Notes under the pieces: model-generated
The model's database searches: none
Seen by the model: only the letters and a program-made list of their open reading frames with translations
What the model was told of the DNA's origin: nothing
In this document: positions 1-11,528 of the stretch, piece after piece
How the letters are laid out: each line of letters opens with the position of its first letter
How positions within the stretch are numbered: position 1 is the stretch's first letter
Assembly (NCBI GenBank): GCA_964438995.1
Contig: CAYTMQ010000011.1
Location: 8,416-72,415 of the forward strand
Direction of reading: 5' to 3'
Length of the DNA stretch: 64,000 nt
Source: an uncultured Chitinophaga sp.
Lineage (GTDB): Bacteria; Bacteroidota; Bacteroidia; NS11-12g; UBA955
Program-made: the position numbers and the translations under genes

Positions 1-3000
1 ACAAAGCTTTTGCTTGTGGGTGAACAACCAATTGTTTGAAAATTGTATCAGCACAGCTTTGATCCGATACTACTATCAATCTTGTGTTGAAAGTATCTTC
101 TATTGCATAACTGTGTTGTGTGTTTTTTAGAGTATCTCCATTGTTATCGGCGAAATCCCAATAGTACTTAGAAATTGTACCACTAGCAATTGTTGAACTC
201 GAATTCAAAGCAAAGTTATTGCCTTTAAAACATTGTTTATCTGAATTCACTGCAATTCCAGCTTTCGGACTGGCATTAACGGTTATCAGTTTTACTGCTG
301 TGTCTCTGCAGTTGTGCTCGGTATTGCTTATCAACAACACATAATACGTACCATGTGTACTATAGGTTTTTAGAGCATCTTTGCTTGTTGCAGAAGTATT
401 ATCACCATATACCCACTTATAGTTTAAAGTACCATATTTAAGTGTTGATTGATTGGTAAATGTGTAACTATTTTGGTTGAGACACTGTGTATCATTATTG
501 ACCACATAAGAGGCTTTTGCTTGCGCAAATGTCACCACATTTTTATAAGCGGTGTCTTTACAACCCAAATTACTTGTTCCAATCAATCTAACAGTGAAAG
601 TATCTTCAGAGGCATATTGGTAATTAGCAACATCATTGGTGGTAAAACTTGCTGAGTTGCCTAGGTTCCAATTATAGGTTGTAATACTACCTTTGTTGAT
701 GGTAGATGTATTGGTAAAGTTAAAACGGTTGTTTCTATAACACTGCGTATCTTGATTGACACCAAATTGAACATTAGGATATTTTCCTAAATAAACCATT
801 CTAGTTTTAGAGGCATTACAACCAACACTTGTAGTAGTTGCAAGTTTCACTGTGTAAGTTGAATCTTTTACATATTGTTTATTCAAAACATTACTATCAG
901 TTGAAGTAGTAGCATCACCTAAGGTCCATGAATAGTTTAAAGACCCACCTGAAAATTTGGTAGAATTCACAAAATTGAAAGCATGTCCGTAGAAACATTG
1001 GGTATCTTTATTAATTGAGAAATCCACGACCGGAGTTTCATTCACAAATAAAGTTTTAATCAAACTATCTCGACAACCTGTTGGAGCACTTACAACTAAT
1101 TTAGCAGTATTATTTCCCTTAGAGGTGAAAGCTTTCTTGAGTGACGAATCTGTGTTGGTGGTATTATCACCCCATGTCCATTTGTAACTTAAAGGTTTGA
1201 TTGCCGATGTTGATGTACTACTAAAACTAATTGAATCTAGTGTGCAATAAATAGCATTTGGATAGGTAAAATCAGCTTTTGGATTTGGCACTACAGTCAC
1301 ATTTTGCTTCATTGTGTCTATACACCCATTCCAGTTTTCATAAATTAGCATGACCTTATAATTTCCTGATGCTGTGTAAGAACGAGGACCAGGATTGCTA
1401 TTGCTTTGGACATAGCCTTCGGTAAAATACCATTTGTATCGACGATGGTCGTTTTTGTTGATGACCGTATTATTTTTTAGTTCAATTCCATTGGTATTGA
1501 AACAAGTATCTTTCTTTGTAAACGTGAAGTTTGCTTTAGGAGAAGGCAACACATCAACTACCATGAAGGTATCGTGGTAACAACCGAATTTGGTTTCGGC
1601 TCTCAACACAATTGGGTACATGTTGGCTTTCTTGAATTTGTGATACACCATAGTGTTGGTGTCTTTGGTATAAATTACTGTATCACCAAAATCCCATCTA
1701 AATTGCTTGATGCTATCTTTAAACGATGAGTGATTGGTGTATTTTACATTGATATTTCTATTCAAACAAAACGAATCGTCAGAAATTTCAAAATTGGCTT
1801 TAGGAATTGATGAATTGGTTATAATCAATGAATCTCTAAACACACATCCATTGCGCTCTTTAACCTCCAGCCAATAAGTCCCAGGATTTTTTACGGCCCT
1901 ATAGTATACATTATGACCATCGTTCCATCGGTATTCGTTATCTATGTTAAACCCTTTTGAAATGACGATAATATTGACTGGTCCGCAGATTGCAGTGTCT
2001 TTATTAAACAGAGATTTTATTTTGGTATCTGCAACATACAAACTTTTTGTGACCGAGTCTTTTGCATTGGTCCGTTTGTGGTAACAATACATTTTAACGG
2101 TGTACCATCCAGTATCTGCGTACTTGCGCTTAACATTTGGACCTGTAGCTGTTCCGCCATCACCAAATGTCCAAGAATAGTTTTGGAAACTATCATTTAA
2201 TATGGCCTTAAAACTTACAGTATCTTTTTTACATTGCGCATTGACAATGACATAATTATTTTGAATTGGCTTGAAATTGGCTGCCGCTGCATAAGCATAA
2301 CCTTCGTACCATCCATATCCATACACATAAGACAAAAAACCTTTGGTACTTCTGATGTAATGAGAGCCAGTGTCAATTTGTACTTGAGCGAAATGATAAC
2401 CAGAAAAATTTGGGGCAGTTTTCCATTGGTTTACCTTAAGTTTTTGGTTGTTCCAAAAAAAGTAAGATGTGTCAGTGGTTTTGGTCATGACATTGATGTA
2501 GTGCTCAGGAGAATTCTGTTGCCACCACCAATTGTTGTTCCACCACCACCAAGGCGTTTGAGATACTGTGTTAACTGTTGCTGAAGTACCAAATTGTTCG
2601 TCAGGAAACAATTGCACTTGTGCTGGATCTCCAATCCACGATTTTGTAGGGTGATTTTGACAAACACCCCCGCTATAACCTCCTCCAAGAGCGAATTGCG
2701 CGACTGAAATCCTATTATTAGACGTAATCCTTACAATGGTGTCATTGTATACTTGATGAACATAAAAATTTCCTTGATTAAGTGTAGTTGTATAAGCTCC
2801 ATTAATATACAATGCTGTTGAATTTTCGGCAGCAACAATTTTTAAAGTATATCCTTTTATATTGTTCTTAAAAGGAACGGCTGTGTAATTTTGACCCCAG
2901 TTAACCGTAGGCATCATTTGCTCGTAGTCGTGGTCCCAACTGCTCCAACAGGTTTGATTATTAATGCTCCTATTGGTGTAAGTTTGTCTATTACCAGCAA

Positions 3001-3693
3001 AGACAGCAAACTTAGAATATATGTATTTGGACCTAATAACTGAGCCTGTTAAATCCATATCGGTGGTCATATATTGGAAGGTCTCACCTTTCTTAAGTGT
3101 AATTTGGAATGGGACTCCTGCGACACTAAATCTCGACGAGGCCCCAGTTGGTACTATTTCTATAACAGAAGAATCTGCAATTCCAACAATTGTAAATTCA
3201 GGTGATTGCAAATTTTTACCATTGCAATACCAACCCCAATTGTAATTGTCTTGGTAGGTGGTTATGAAATATTCTGGAGAATACACAATTGACGTAGTAG
3301 GAATGACTACTGTAGCTCCTTTCGACCACCAATATCTGTTTACTGCGTAAACGTTTATTGCAGTATCAGCAGTTATATGAACACCATTGGTGGTTACAGA
3401 ATCTGAATAACGACAAACAACCTCACGCGGCAATCGAACCATTTTAGTGATATTGGGTTGTAATGTTACCGATGTACTAAAACTTTGCCCCGGAGCAGTA
3501 ATTGACACATTAGCAGCGTATTGAGAAGACAAAAACAGCTCAGCTGTATCGTTGTTGTAATAATAGTTGTTGTAATAACAACCCCAATCTTGAGCCATAA
3601 AAGCAACCCAAAAATCCTTACCTGCAGTACCTTGAGCGCTTAATTTTAAGCCACTTAAACTCAAAAATAGGAAAAATAAGATAATGCGTTTCA
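1..3693 (-). CDS. Giant secreted adhesin-like protein with PKD/Ig-like repeats, partial (the C-terminus lies beyond the window start). Start codon at 3693, N-terminal signal peptide MKRIILFFLFLSLSGLKLSAQG
   Basis: Uninterrupted minus-strand reading frame across 1..3693 that I translated by hand. It contains at least 8 tandem ~80-90 aa modules with the recurring DTQC / W-x-F-G-D PKD-type motif. An ATG with a good signal peptide lies at 3693. The six-frame track omits it because the ORF is open at the window edge. Confidence 0.6.
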
Positions 3694-3802
3694 TGTTTAA
3701 TCTTGAGTTCATATAAGGTTTTTATCTATAAAATCGTTAATTTTGCACAAATTTAAGTATTTTTACTTAATTCCAAAACTATTATTTTAACAATTCGATA
3801 AG

Positions 3803-4381
3803 ATGAAAACTGCCAGTTCGTACGCCAAACAAATATTTTGTATTGAAGGAGATTGGCACCCTGATTTACGTCAGAAAGACACCATCGAGAATGCGTTAAA
3901 ATTTATGGAGACAGCCAGTGGTATGAAAATTAAATACATCCACAGACATTGCAGTACTTCTCACGAATTACAAAACAGAATTGAAGAGTACAGCAAAAGG
4001 CGTTACGACCAGTTTAGCATCTTTTATTTGGCCTTTCATGGCGTTCCGAATGGTTTGAAACTTAGTCAGAAGAACATACTCTCACTTGATGAGTTAGCCG
4101 AAATGGCAGAAAACAAACTCCAAAACAAGATTTTACACCTTGGCAGTTGCGAAACTTTAAACGTTAGCAAACATCAAATAAAAAAATTCTTAAGACAGAC
4201 TGGCGCTTTATGCGTAAGCGGCTTCAAAAAAGAAGTTCCATTCGTGAGTTCAACCATTTTCGACGTTTTGTACTTCGAGATGTGCCAATACTACAAACAA
4301 ATGCACATCATCGAAAAGCATATGAAAAACTACTATGGCAAATTGATGAAAGAGCTTCAATTCGTAATGGTTTACGAGTAA
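3803..4381 (+). CDS. Hypothetical 192 aa protein with a caspase-like (clan CD, peptidase C14-like) His/Cys dyad arrangement
   Basis: Hydrophobic strand + HG (SIFYLAFHG, His79) and hydrophobic strand + SC (KILHLGSCE, Cys116) align with the caspase SHG ... QACRG topology. The N-terminal strand IFCIEGDW resembles the caspase beta1 strand. No signal peptide. Confidence 0.45.
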   Translation: MKTASSYAKQIFCIEGDWHPDLRQKDTIENALKFMETASGMKIKYIHRHCSTSHELQNRIEEYSKRRYDQFSIFYLAFHGVPNGLKLSQKNILSLDELAEMAENKLQNKILHLGSCETLNVSKHQIKKFLRQTGALCVSGFKKEVPFVSSTIFDVLYFEMCQYYKQMHIIEKHMKNYYGKLMKELQFVMVYE

Positions 4382-4394
4382 AAACCCAACTTTC

Positions 4395-4461
4395 AACCTG
4401 TACATTTCAACCTTGTAAGGTTGATTTCCTGAAATTTTCAACCTTGTAAGGTTGACGACCT
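4395..4461. repeat. REP-like palindromic repeat cluster: partial copy plus two copies of CAACCTTGTAAGGTTG at 31 bp spacing, ending GACGACCT
   Basis: Copies at 4408-4423 and 4439-4454, terminal ACGACCT 4455-4461. Lies between convergent gene ends. Confidence 0.6.
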
Positions 4462-4474
4462 CCGATGTTGAAGA

Positions 4475-6673
4475 TTACAAATTGGTTTCTAAATACTTGG
4501 TAATTTTAGTGAACAAATGCAACCTGGTTTTGCCGCCTGCAATACCGTGGTTTTTGTTTGGATAATATTCGGCGTCATAAGCAATGTTCTTATCGTTCAT
4601 AGCTTTTACCATTTCGGCAGCATTCTGGAAATGCACATTGTCGTCGGCCGTTCCATGTATGATCAAATAATTGCCTTTAATTTTGTCGACATGCGACAAT
4701 GGTGAGTTGTTATCGTATCCCAATGGATTTTCATTAGGTGTGCGCATGTAACGTTCAGTATAAATATTGTCGTAAAACCTCCAATTGGTTACTGGTGCCA
4801 CAGCTACGGCAGTTTTAAAATAATCTGCTCCTCTTGTAATACAGTTACTGGCCATAAATCCGCCATAACTCCATCCAAAAATTCCGATTCTCTTACTATC
4901 AACATAAGACTGTGAGCCGAAGTACTTAGCTGCTTCAACATAATCTTTGGTCTCTAAATTTCCCAAATTTAAGTAAGTCATTTTCTTAAACTCCTCTCCT
5001 CTACCACCACTACCTCTATTATCAACGCTAATCACTATATAACCCTTAGCTGCCATGTATTGGTACCACAAATAATTTGCTCCTCCCCACTGATTTTTCA
5101 CAGTTTGGTAACCAGGACCGCCATACACAAAAAACAGCACAGGATATTGTTTGCTCGCATCAAAGTTTGGAGGTAAAATTTTCCAATAATCCAACTTCAC
5201 ATTTTCAGTCGTTGTAAAGCTTCCAAATTCTACCTGACCTAAATTCAATGTTGCTAATTTATCTTTTAAAGCTTTGTTATCTTCCAAAACCCTTATAACC
5301 ATGCCAGCTGCATCTTTTATAGCAAAAACAGCCGGATTGGTTAAAGTACTGTAATTGTCAACAAAAAACTCGAAACTGCTATTAAAACTAATGGTATGCC
5401 AACCTTTCTCAGTGGTAATTTGTTTCATTTCACCAGTTTTTACATTAACCGAAAACAACTGCCTTTCTGAAGGATTGTCTTTACCTGAAGTGAAATAGGC
5501 TAATCCATTGTTGTATCCGTTCACAACATCAATTTCCCAATCTCCTTTTGTTAATTGAGTAACTTTATATCTCGAATTCATGGCATATAAATGCTTATAT
5601 CCACTTGCTTCTGATGTAAACAAGGCTATAACATTGGTATCTTCACCATTGGTGTAAGTCCAATCTTCTATTTCTATGTAGTACTTATTAGTTTCAGTGT
5701 ATATCACTTCAGCTTTGTTGTAGAAATAAGAAAATCTCAATACTTCCAATTTGTTTTGCAATCTATTTAAACGCTGAACTGACAAGAAGTTTTGACTCAT
5801 CCATTTAATTCTTGGTAAATATTGATCGTTTTGCGAACCAGTCTCGCAGTAGACATCTTTTTTCTTTCCAATTTTGTGGATGAAAACATCAACCTTACTA
5901 TTAGGCTCGCCGGCTTTAGGGTACTTCCAAGTTTCTTTTTTGGGATACAAATCGCCATACAAATCCATGCTGAAATACGGCACCTTTGATTCATCAAACT
6001 TATAATAGGCAATAAACTGCCCATCAGGACTCCATTCGAATCCTCTGCTCATGCTAAATTCCTCTTCATATACCCAATCTACAGCTCCATTGATGATGTG
6101 GTTTTTTTCTCCATCTTTAGTAATTTGGATGTCTTTCTTTTTAATGACATCATAATAAAACAAGTTGTTATCACTCACATATGCCACTTTGGTAGCATCC
6201 GGACTTAGAGTCGCATACATGATTTTCTTATTAGAGATTTTCACCAAGTTGCCAGTTCTTATATCGTACAAGTACACATTACTTTTTCCACTGTGACGGT
6301 AAACCGATTCAAAGCCATTGGTGATCAAAACTTTCGTTTCATCTTGACTGAAGGCATACGATTCAATCTGAATTGGCATTGAATCAACCAAAATCTTATC
6401 CGTAGAGAACAACGTACTCAATTTATTACCTGTTTTAAAATCATATCTGTTACAGGCTCTTGATTTATCAGGATTGGCGTCTAATTGACAATATGATTTT
6501 CCATCGTTTAAAGAATTAAATCCAGGAACAAACTTAGAAGCGAATTCTCTGCTGTTCCAAATGTTTTCAAGACTTAATTGAGCCGATGCTTCTCCAATTA
6601 ATAAGCTGAATATGGCAATGATTAACACTCTCATAATCGGCAAAAATACATAAAAATACTTGGGTTCAATCAT
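4475..6673 (-). CDS. S9B family peptidase, dipeptidyl-peptidase IV-like
   Basis: N-terminal signal peptide, long beta-propeller region, catalytic GWSYGG Ser motif, downstream IHGTADDNVHF (Asp/His of the triad). 732 aa. Confidence 0.85.
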   Translation of the reverse strand: MIEPKYFYVFLPIMRVLIIAIFSLLIGEASAQLSLENIWNSREFASKFVPGFNSLNDGKSYCQLDANPDKSRACNRYDFKTGNKLSTLFSTDKILVDSMPIQIESYAFSQDETKVLITNGFESVYRHSGKSNVYLYDIRTGNLVKISNKKIMYATLSPDATKVAYVSDNNLFYYDVIKKKDIQITKDGEKNHIINGAVDWVYEEEFSMSRGFEWSPDGQFIAYYKFDESKVPYFSMDLYGDLYPKKETWKYPKAGEPNSKVDVFIHKIGKKKDVYCETGSQNDQYLPRIKWMSQNFLSVQRLNRLQNKLEVLRFSYFYNKAEVIYTETNKYYIEIEDWTYTNGEDTNVIALFTSEASGYKHLYAMNSRYKVTQLTKGDWEIDVVNGYNNGLAYFTSGKDNPSERQLFSVNVKTGEMKQITTEKGWHTISFNSSFEFFVDNYSTLTNPAVFAIKDAAGMVIRVLEDNKALKDKLATLNLGQVEFGSFTTTENVKLDYWKILPPNFDASKQYPVLFFVYGGPGYQTVKNQWGGANYLWYQYMAAKGYIVISVDNRGSGGRGEEFKKMTYLNLGNLETKDYVEAAKYFGSQSYVDSKRIGIFGWSYGGFMASNCITRGADYFKTAVAVAPVTNWRFYDNIYTERYMRTPNENPLGYDNNSPLSHVDKIKGNYLIIHGTADDNVHFQNAAEMVKAMNDKNIAYDAEYYPNKNHGIAGGKTRLHLFTKITKYLETNL

Positions 6674-6768
6674 CCGTTTTTAAATAGAGATGATTCATTA
6701 CTTTGAACGTATTTTTGCAGAAACGTAACAAATTGAGAAATTTTGCGTTCTAAAAGTAATCAACAAGT

Positions 6769-8406
6769 ATGAAACGCTTAATAGTATTGGTATTGCTCTA
6801 TCCTTTACTCTCTTGGTCACAAACAGAGGATAAGTCTATCTTACCAGAAAATTTCCACAAAATCAGCTCCTCTAAATTGGATATGAAATATTTAGATGGC
6901 AGCTATATAGTGCTTGAAATGGGCTTTAATGGCTCTATTCCCAAAAACAAACTTGAAAAAATTCAGCCGCAAAACATTGAATCCATCACACTTGCTTATT
7001 CTCGCTATCGCTTAAGCGAATCTTTCGACCAAAATGCGCTCAACATGCAGCGTATGCAGAAACTTTATGAGCAAATTCCTGGTATTAAGAAAAACAAAAA
7101 CATCAATTGGTTTTGGGTAGAACAAACTGGTTGCAAAGAAGCAGAAGCTTGTAAAGATTATTTCCATGGCTTCATCATCACCCTAAAAAGCGATGAAATG
7201 CGTTTGTATAAAGAAACAGAAATTGCATTGTTAGATTATTACAGTAGCATTTACGAAGGGATGATTGATCCTAGAAAAATGGACTCATTGATTAGCACTG
7301 GAAAATTACCTTATGTTAAAAAATGTGATACCATGACTTTGAGAACGCCCATTAGAGGCAATAAACTACCAAAGGTAAAGGGATGGGACCGCGAGAACAA
7401 TGATGTATTGGCCAAACTTCTCAAAACCGAACTCGACAATCAAGATACCATCAATTTCCAAGCCTATTTAAACGATGAAGGTGATTTTTTAAGTTACGAG
7501 TCAGAACTTACTTTCATCAAAGAAAAACGCATCACCCGCTTCTTAAAAAACAATTTAAAAGTGAGTCCTGGTAAATATGAAAAACAAAAAGTAGCCTCAA
7601 AAGTGTATGTGACTCTTTTCAAAAATAAATCAGGTTATAAAATCAACTTTAAAGCATTTCCTTATGATGAAAGTGATGGAGAATACGATGTCGACAAATT
7701 CTTATACGTTAGCAAGCTCCAAACTGTATGCGACTATTTAGACACAAGTGCATTAAAAGTTTCAAGCACTTTGTTGTCAAATACACAAGATGTGGTTATT
7801 AAGGTATTTGAAAGGAATAAAGACTGGAAAAATTGTTTGGTAGCTACTGATGTTACCGCAAGTATGTATCCATATTTAGCCCAATTTCAAATGTGGCACA
7901 AACTGCATCTTGATCAGAATGCAGGGAATCACGATTTTATATTTTTCAATGATGGTGATAATTGTCCAGACATTATCAAAGTTGACGGCAATGTGGGCGG
8001 ATTGTATTACATCAATACTTCTAACTTCGAACAATTATCTATTACGATGAAAAAGGCGATGTTAAAAGGCAATGGAGGTGATAGACCAGAAAACAATATT
8101 GAAGCCGTTATTGAAGGACTTAAAAAGAATCCAAATATTAAAGAGGTTATAATGATTGCGGACAACTACGCTACACCTCGTGATATGGAATTATTAAAAC
8201 AAGTTAAAGTGCCAATTCACTTGATTCTTTGTGGTACTCAAAAAGGATTCAATCCAGAATACTTGAACATGATTAAAGTCAATAAAGGGACTCTTCATAC
8301 CATGGATCAAGACTTAACTGATTTATCCAAATTAAGTGAAGGTCAAACCATCAAAATTGACAACAAAATCTACAAAATTGTCAATGGCAAATTTGTTATG
8401 AAATAA
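6769..8406 (+). CDS. Secreted protein with C-terminal vWA-like domain
   Basis: Signal peptide MKRLIVLVLLYPLLSWSQ. MIDAS-like D-x-T-x-S (ATDVTASM) and downstream GGDRPEN / VIMIADN segments typical of the vWA fold. Confidence 0.55.
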   Translation: MKRLIVLVLLYPLLSWSQTEDKSILPENFHKISSSKLDMKYLDGSYIVLEMGFNGSIPKNKLEKIQPQNIESITLAYSRYRLSESFDQNALNMQRMQKLYEQIPGIKKNKNINWFWVEQTGCKEAEACKDYFHGFIITLKSDEMRLYKETEIALLDYYSSIYEGMIDPRKMDSLISTGKLPYVKKCDTMTLRTPIRGNKLPKVKGWDRENNDVLAKLLKTELDNQDTINFQAYLNDEGDFLSYESELTFIKEKRITRFLKNNLKVSPGKYEKQKVASKVYVTLFKNKSGYKINFKAFPYDESDGEYDVDKFLYVSKLQTVCDYLDTSALKVSSTLLSNTQDVVIKVFERNKDWKNCLVATDVTASMYPYLAQFQMWHKLHLDQNAGNHDFIFFNDGDNCPDIIKVDGNVGGLYYINTSNFEQLSITMKKAMLKGNGGDRPENNIEAVIEGLKKNPNIKEVIMIADNYATPRDMELLKQVKVPIHLILCGTQKGFNPEYLNMIKVNKGTLHTMDQDLTDLSKLSEGQTIKIDNKIYKIVNGKFVMK

Positions 8407-11244
8407 TTACTTTTTAGTTTTAAAATTTCTAATTGAATATGTAAAAGTCAACATGTAAAATCTGGTTAAGATTTTGGTTTCTTTATCTTCAATATAATTT
8501 TCAGTTACTGTTCTGCTAATGCTATTGTTCTTTTTCAAAGCATCAAATACTGAGATTTTCAACTCTCCTCTGTTGTCTTTTAAAAATTTGTATCCAACAC
8601 CACCGTTCATAAGCCAAATACTTTGATTAAAACTTGCCCCCAATCCAGTGTATGAACTGTTGGTGATATCTGTATTGATGACCCATTTCGGTTTAGGCAT
8701 ATAGTTTAATTTAGCATTGAAGTTGGCTATCACATAAGAAGAGTTAGCTGTAGTTTGCAATGAATTTTCTACAATGTTATAGTTTAGGTTGTAACTGATT
8801 GTAAAGTCTAATTTCTCACTAAAATTACTAGCAGCCACGACACCTGCACTGGTATTGTAAGTGTTGCTATAATTCAATTGATTGTTGATGAATGCAGGCG
8901 ATTTGGTGTAAGTTTGACCCAAATTAAAATTGAAAGCTGATTTCAGTTTCTTTGATGGAATAGAATAGGTAAAGAACAATCTTGCATTTCTATATCCATT
9001 GATGTTTACTGGTAAATTCAATTGAGTACCTTGTCTTAATGATACAGAATCGCCATTTAACATGAATGTTGTATCAGTTTGAGCCAAAATATTATTATTC
9101 GCAATATAATTCGCAGTTGTTGCGATGTTACCAAATACGAAAAATGATTTACCTTTTAAATTGTAGCTATATCTCATAAACATTCTGTGAGACACTTCTT
9201 GTTCCAAATCAAGGTTACCTGAAGACAGAATCAATGGATTAGCATTATTGATCACATTTTGAAGTTGAGATATGCTAGGAATGTTAGCAGAACTTCTATA
9301 GTAGACCCTTAAATTTTTTGATTTAGAAGGTTGATACGTCAACATAGCATTAGGTAAAATGTTGTCGAATGTTCTATTGACAAGGTTGTTTCTCGGGAAT
9401 GTTTGGTCGCCTTCTAAAGCAACTGATTGTGCATTGGCGCCAATATTAAATGAGAATTTTTCAGATTTATATCGATAAGTTGCTCCAGCTCTTTGAGTAG
9501 TGGTTGTATTATCAAAAGTGTTACTCAATAGGCTATCAACTATACTGAATGTTTCTGTTGCTGTGTCCAATCTTTGAGTATACTTAAGCGACTTACTTCT
9601 GGTGAATTGAGGATTGTAAGTAATTTCTACCGTTGATTTCTTTTTAATTGGATGTGTATATGAAAGATTAGGATTAAAATCGTTGGATTTATTGCTTTGA
9701 TCGGCTTGTTGTTTGAAATTGCTTAAAAAGTAATTGGGCTCGTAATATGAGTTATTAGATTGCAACTCTGTGAGTCCTTCACTTAAACTGAGTGTATGCG
9801 AAAGATTCAATGAAATGGTCTGTCCCGGCTTTTTAAATCTATGTCTTAACAACAAATTGTTACTGATGTTGTATCCATCGCTGTTTGAATTTGTATTGCT
9901 AGATGAATTGTTTATGGTATCGAACAACTGCGTTTTGGTAATCCCATTAAAATATGAATTACTATTTCCATTTTGAAATCTTAACGAAGGCGTATAGATA
10001 ATTGAATTATTACTATCAATATTGTATTCCAATCTGGCGTTAAATCTGTGACTATTGGAGTTAGATTTAGATGTATCGGCTTGTGAATACAATTGATTAT
10101 TGATTGAACTTAAGAAATAGGTTCTATTAAGAAAAGAAGCAGAATTATTAACCCCATTATTGAAGAAATAACTTGCTGTTATCTTCATTTTTTTTATGCC
10201 AATTGCAGAGTAGTTAAAGCCAAATGAATTGGTTGTATTAATTCCTCCTTGTTGATTGACAAGGAAATTTCCCATATCTCCGCCACCGAATCCACCAGGA
10301 CCGCCTCTATTTGGTCCGCCGCCACCTGGACGCCCCATACCTTGCATACCACCTCCAGAAGCACTCTGACCCAGAGCGCCTAAAATATCGCTGCTTGTAA
10401 AATTTTGTTGATTGATGTTGTTGGTCAGACCTATTACAGAAAACCTTGTTTTACCATTGAAATAATTGACATTTCCTCCCCCAGCCCATCGATTGTTGGT
10501 TCCATAACCACCATAAATTTTTCCGAATTGACCGTTGTTCTTTCCAGATTTGGTTACGATGTTCAAGGTCTTTTGAGCATTTCCATCGTCAACACCAGAA
10601 AAAGATGCTTGGTCGCTAGCCCTGTCATACACTTGAATTTTATCGACGATTTCGGCAGGTAAATTTTTCAAAGCAGCTGCGGCATCGCTACCGAAGAATT
10701 CCTGACCATCGACAGTAACTTTTTTGACCTCTTCACCATGTGCTTTTATAGTTCCATTTTCGTTGGTAATACCCGGCATTTTAGTAACTAGATTTTCGGC
10801 AGTAGCGTCAGGATTAACCTTGTAACTGCCAGCGTTAAATTCAACGGTATCATTTTTTTGAGTGGCTTGTTCTTTTCTGAATGTCACGCCAGCACCCTTA
10901 AAATTTTTGATTTCTTCTCCCAGTTGTATTTCTTTTCTAATTACAGCACCTGAATCGATATTCAAATTGAAATACTGTGTTTCAAATTTGTAAGATGACA
11001 CTTTGAGAAGAAAGTTTCCCTTTCCAAAATTGACCATCCTAAACCTACCCATAGAGTCAGAATAAGTCGAACGTGTTATAGACGAATCTGGCAGAGTATA
11101 AAGGGTAAGAGCCACACCTTGAACACCTTTATTGGTAAGATTGATGGTTCGTCCCATGATTGATTGAGCTTTAGTTTGGTTGACAAAAAACACAGAGATG
11201 CCCAAAAGGCAAAAAGTTGAAATTAAATAATTTTTTAAATACAT
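8407..11244 (-). CDS. Outer-membrane beta-barrel (TonB-dependent receptor-like) protein with N-terminal carboxypeptidase-regulatory-like domain and a Gly-rich insert
   Basis: Signal peptide. The N-terminal domain resembles the one in the 26395..28719 paralog. Long run of amphipathic beta strands with Y/F-rich C-terminus ending in F. Internal GGPGGFGGG low-complexity insert. 945 aa. Confidence 0.65.
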   Translation of the reverse strand: MYLKNYLISTFCLLGISVFFVNQTKAQSIMGRTINLTNKGVQGVALTLYTLPDSSITRSTYSDSMGRFRMVNFGKGNFLLKVSSYKFETQYFNLNIDSGAVIRKEIQLGEEIKNFKGAGVTFRKEQATQKNDTVEFNAGSYKVNPDATAENLVTKMPGITNENGTIKAHGEEVKKVTVDGQEFFGSDAAAALKNLPAEIVDKIQVYDRASDQASFSGVDDGNAQKTLNIVTKSGKNNGQFGKIYGGYGTNNRWAGGGNVNYFNGKTRFSVIGLTNNINQQNFTSSDILGALGQSASGGGMQGMGRPGGGGPNRGGPGGFGGGDMGNFLVNQQGGINTTNSFGFNYSAIGIKKMKITASYFFNNGVNNSASFLNRTYFLSSINNQLYSQADTSKSNSNSHRFNARLEYNIDSNNSIIYTPSLRFQNGNSNSYFNGITKTQLFDTINNSSSNTNSNSDGYNISNNLLLRHRFKKPGQTISLNLSHTLSLSEGLTELQSNNSYYEPNYFLSNFKQQADQSNKSNDFNPNLSYTHPIKKKSTVEITYNPQFTRSKSLKYTQRLDTATETFSIVDSLLSNTFDNTTTTQRAGATYRYKSEKFSFNIGANAQSVALEGDQTFPRNNLVNRTFDNILPNAMLTYQPSKSKNLRVYYRSSANIPSISQLQNVINNANPLILSSGNLDLEQEVSHRMFMRYSYNLKGKSFFVFGNIATTANYIANNNILAQTDTTFMLNGDSVSLRQGTQLNLPVNINGYRNARLFFTYSIPSKKLKSAFNFNLGQTYTKSPAFINNQLNYSNTYNTSAGVVAASNFSEKLDFTISYNLNYNIVENSLQTTANSSYVIANFNAKLNYMPKPKWVINTDITNSSYTGLGASFNQSIWLMNGGVGYKFLKDNRGELKISVFDALKKNNSISRTVTENYIEDKETKILTRFYMLTFTYSIRNFKTKK

Positions 11245-11347
11245 GTATGGGCGTTAGACAATGCAAATATAAAAAAGTTTAACGGCATATTTGTTTAAAC
11301 ATCAATTGGGTTAAAAAAGAGGGATGTAAGCAGCCAATGAACGAACT

Positions 11348-11402
11348 CCGACCTTACAAGGTTGGTTTTTCGATTTTTTCAACCTTACAAGGTTGACGAC
11401 CT
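11348..11402. repeat. REP-like palindromic repeat cluster: CGACCTTACAAGGTTGG plus CAACCTTACAAGGTTG-ACGACCT, 31 bp apart
   Basis: Copies at 11349-11365 and 11380-11395, tail 11396-11402. Divergent intergenic region. Confidence 0.6.
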
Positions 11403-11528
11403 ATATCGTTATTGATGGAAAAAATATCTATTTTCTACTTTCTTCATTAAAATTTAGTCTAATATTGCAGCGGTTTTTAAAACAGATAAGAACTTTATTT
11501 TACAACAATCCATTTAACCTTTATAACG

